Position numbers and translations under genes: made by a program. Shown piece by piece: positions 62,980 to 64,000 of a DNA stretch of 64,000 nt. Under the pieces are notes generated by a model that did not search any database, was not told the origin of the DNA, and saw only the letters and a list, made by a program, of their open reading frames with translations. The DNA comes from Scyliorhinus canicula. Its lineage: Eukaryota. The DNA lies in assembly GCF_902713615.1 (NCBI RefSeq), contig NC_052154.1, positions 146,827,875-146,891,874 of the forward strand, given 5' to 3'. Within the stretch, counting starts at the first letter, position 1, and every line of letters starts with the position of its first letter.

Positions 62980-63294
62980 TTGTGGGTTCACAAAAAAAAG
63001 TCGCATGTGTGACCAACGCCATCGGGAACCCGGCCCATCGCGGATGGAGCATCGGGGGAGGGCCTCAGGTGACGTCCTGAGACCGTCCCAATGGCGTGCG
63101 GCGTACTCTTCACCGTTTTCGAGGGGGCGGAGACCGCAAAAGCAGCGCCTCCCCCAATTTTGGCGTCGGCGACCAGAGAATCCTGCCAGATATCTTTCTA
63201 TACAGTCTTTCTGTGTGGCTTATTTGTCTCCAAGAACTAGAAATTATCGGATCAAAATTTTTTGTCGCTCTTGTTACTTGTAGGATCATATAGT

Positions 63295-63435
63295 CCTGAA
63301 CATGTTTCACTTAGCACATGACACTTAACATGTTGAACTTAGCACGTAGCATTAAACAGGTAACACTGAACACATAGCACAGAGCGTACCGCACTTAACA
63401 TGTAACACTGAACATGTAACAATGAACATATAGCA
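63295..63435. repeat. Degenerate tandem repeat of about 14 bp (acactgaacatgta)
   Basis: About 10 diverged units seen by eye. Confidence 0.65.
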
Positions 63436-63846
63436 GGGTTGAAGAGCTGAATGGCCTACTTTTGCTCCTATTTCATATTGTAGCATGCTCCTGTCAAAGC
63501 CTCACTACCAGTATTTAAAAGAATCCATGGATTAATGCCTGCATTAAAAAAAAGAGGGGAGAAACTTGATACAACTGCATTCAGCAATCATAGAATTATT
63601 GACAACAGCAGTTTTTGCCTCAATCTGTTTTGATTTCTACTGTCCCAGTAAAAGACCTCACTTTGTTCATGCTGCTGATTTTTTTCTCCTTTGAAATTTC
63701 CTTCTCTTCTTTCCTCAGGACTTTGATTTAATAAGGACACGGGGAGTACAAAATGAGTAAAAAGCAGAATGAAGTTTTGTTTACAAACCATACACTTCCC
63801 GGTTGACCCCTACCGGATTCCTACTTGGTCCGTGCAGAATATTCAT

Positions 63847-64000
63847 GGGAGGCACGGTAGCACAGTGGTTAGCACTGTTGCTTCACAGCGGCAGGTACCT
63901 GTGTTCGCTTCCCGGCTTTGTCTGTGTGGACTCTGCACGTTCTCCCTGTGTATACGTGGGTTTCCTCCGGATGCTCCGCTTTCCTCCCACGAGACGAAAG
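63847..64000 (+). mobile_element. V-SINE 5' part, running off the window
   Basis: ggcacggtagcacagtggttagcactgttgcttcacag head and V-domain. Confidence 0.8.

Larger units (their letters stand above)
59701..63188. mobile_element. GC-rich MITE-like element split by the CR1 (arms about 59701-59945 and 63000-63188)
   Basis: gggctggattctccg left TIR and gagaatcctgcc right TIR, with GC-rich arms on both sides of the CR1. Confidence 0.65.

Noticed and set aside
49680-64000. Terminal DCDC1 exon (expected EIRANYARIRR-like peptide, from memory)
   Set aside because: Not found by eye. It probably lies beyond the window.

Overview
Eukaryotic, repeat-rich genomic DNA, most likely from a cartilaginous fish. 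That assignment is inferred from HE1/V-SINE-type SINEs paired with CR1/HER1-type LINE tails and from DeuSINE-like elements. The window lies inside one + strand protein-coding gene. Seven phase-compatible exons (3393-3596, 8265-8469, 11554-11718, 36290-36391, 36812-36948, 38364-38540, 49529-49679) splice into one open frame matching my recollection of the C-terminal doublecortin-domain region of DCDC1. Neither the first nor the last exon was found. The introns are filled with mobile DNA. This includes a full-length but decayed Ty3/Gypsy LTR retrotransposon (23091-27783, 300-bp LTRs, GCCCT target-site duplication, TSD) and a Penelope-like element with a GIY-YIG nuclease and a minimal hammerhead ribozyme. 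It also includes a decayed PIF/Harbinger transposon with many GC-rich MITE-like elements, CR1, L1 and L2 LINE fragments, several SINE families and solo LTRs. The most unusual observation is the Gypsy element. It has no tRNA primer-binding site (PBS); instead the PBS position is a perfect 13-nt complement of its own LTR, covering the putative poly(A) signal, and its RT motif reads YLDN. No searches were run. Family names come from motif recognition, and the ends of old repeats are approximate.
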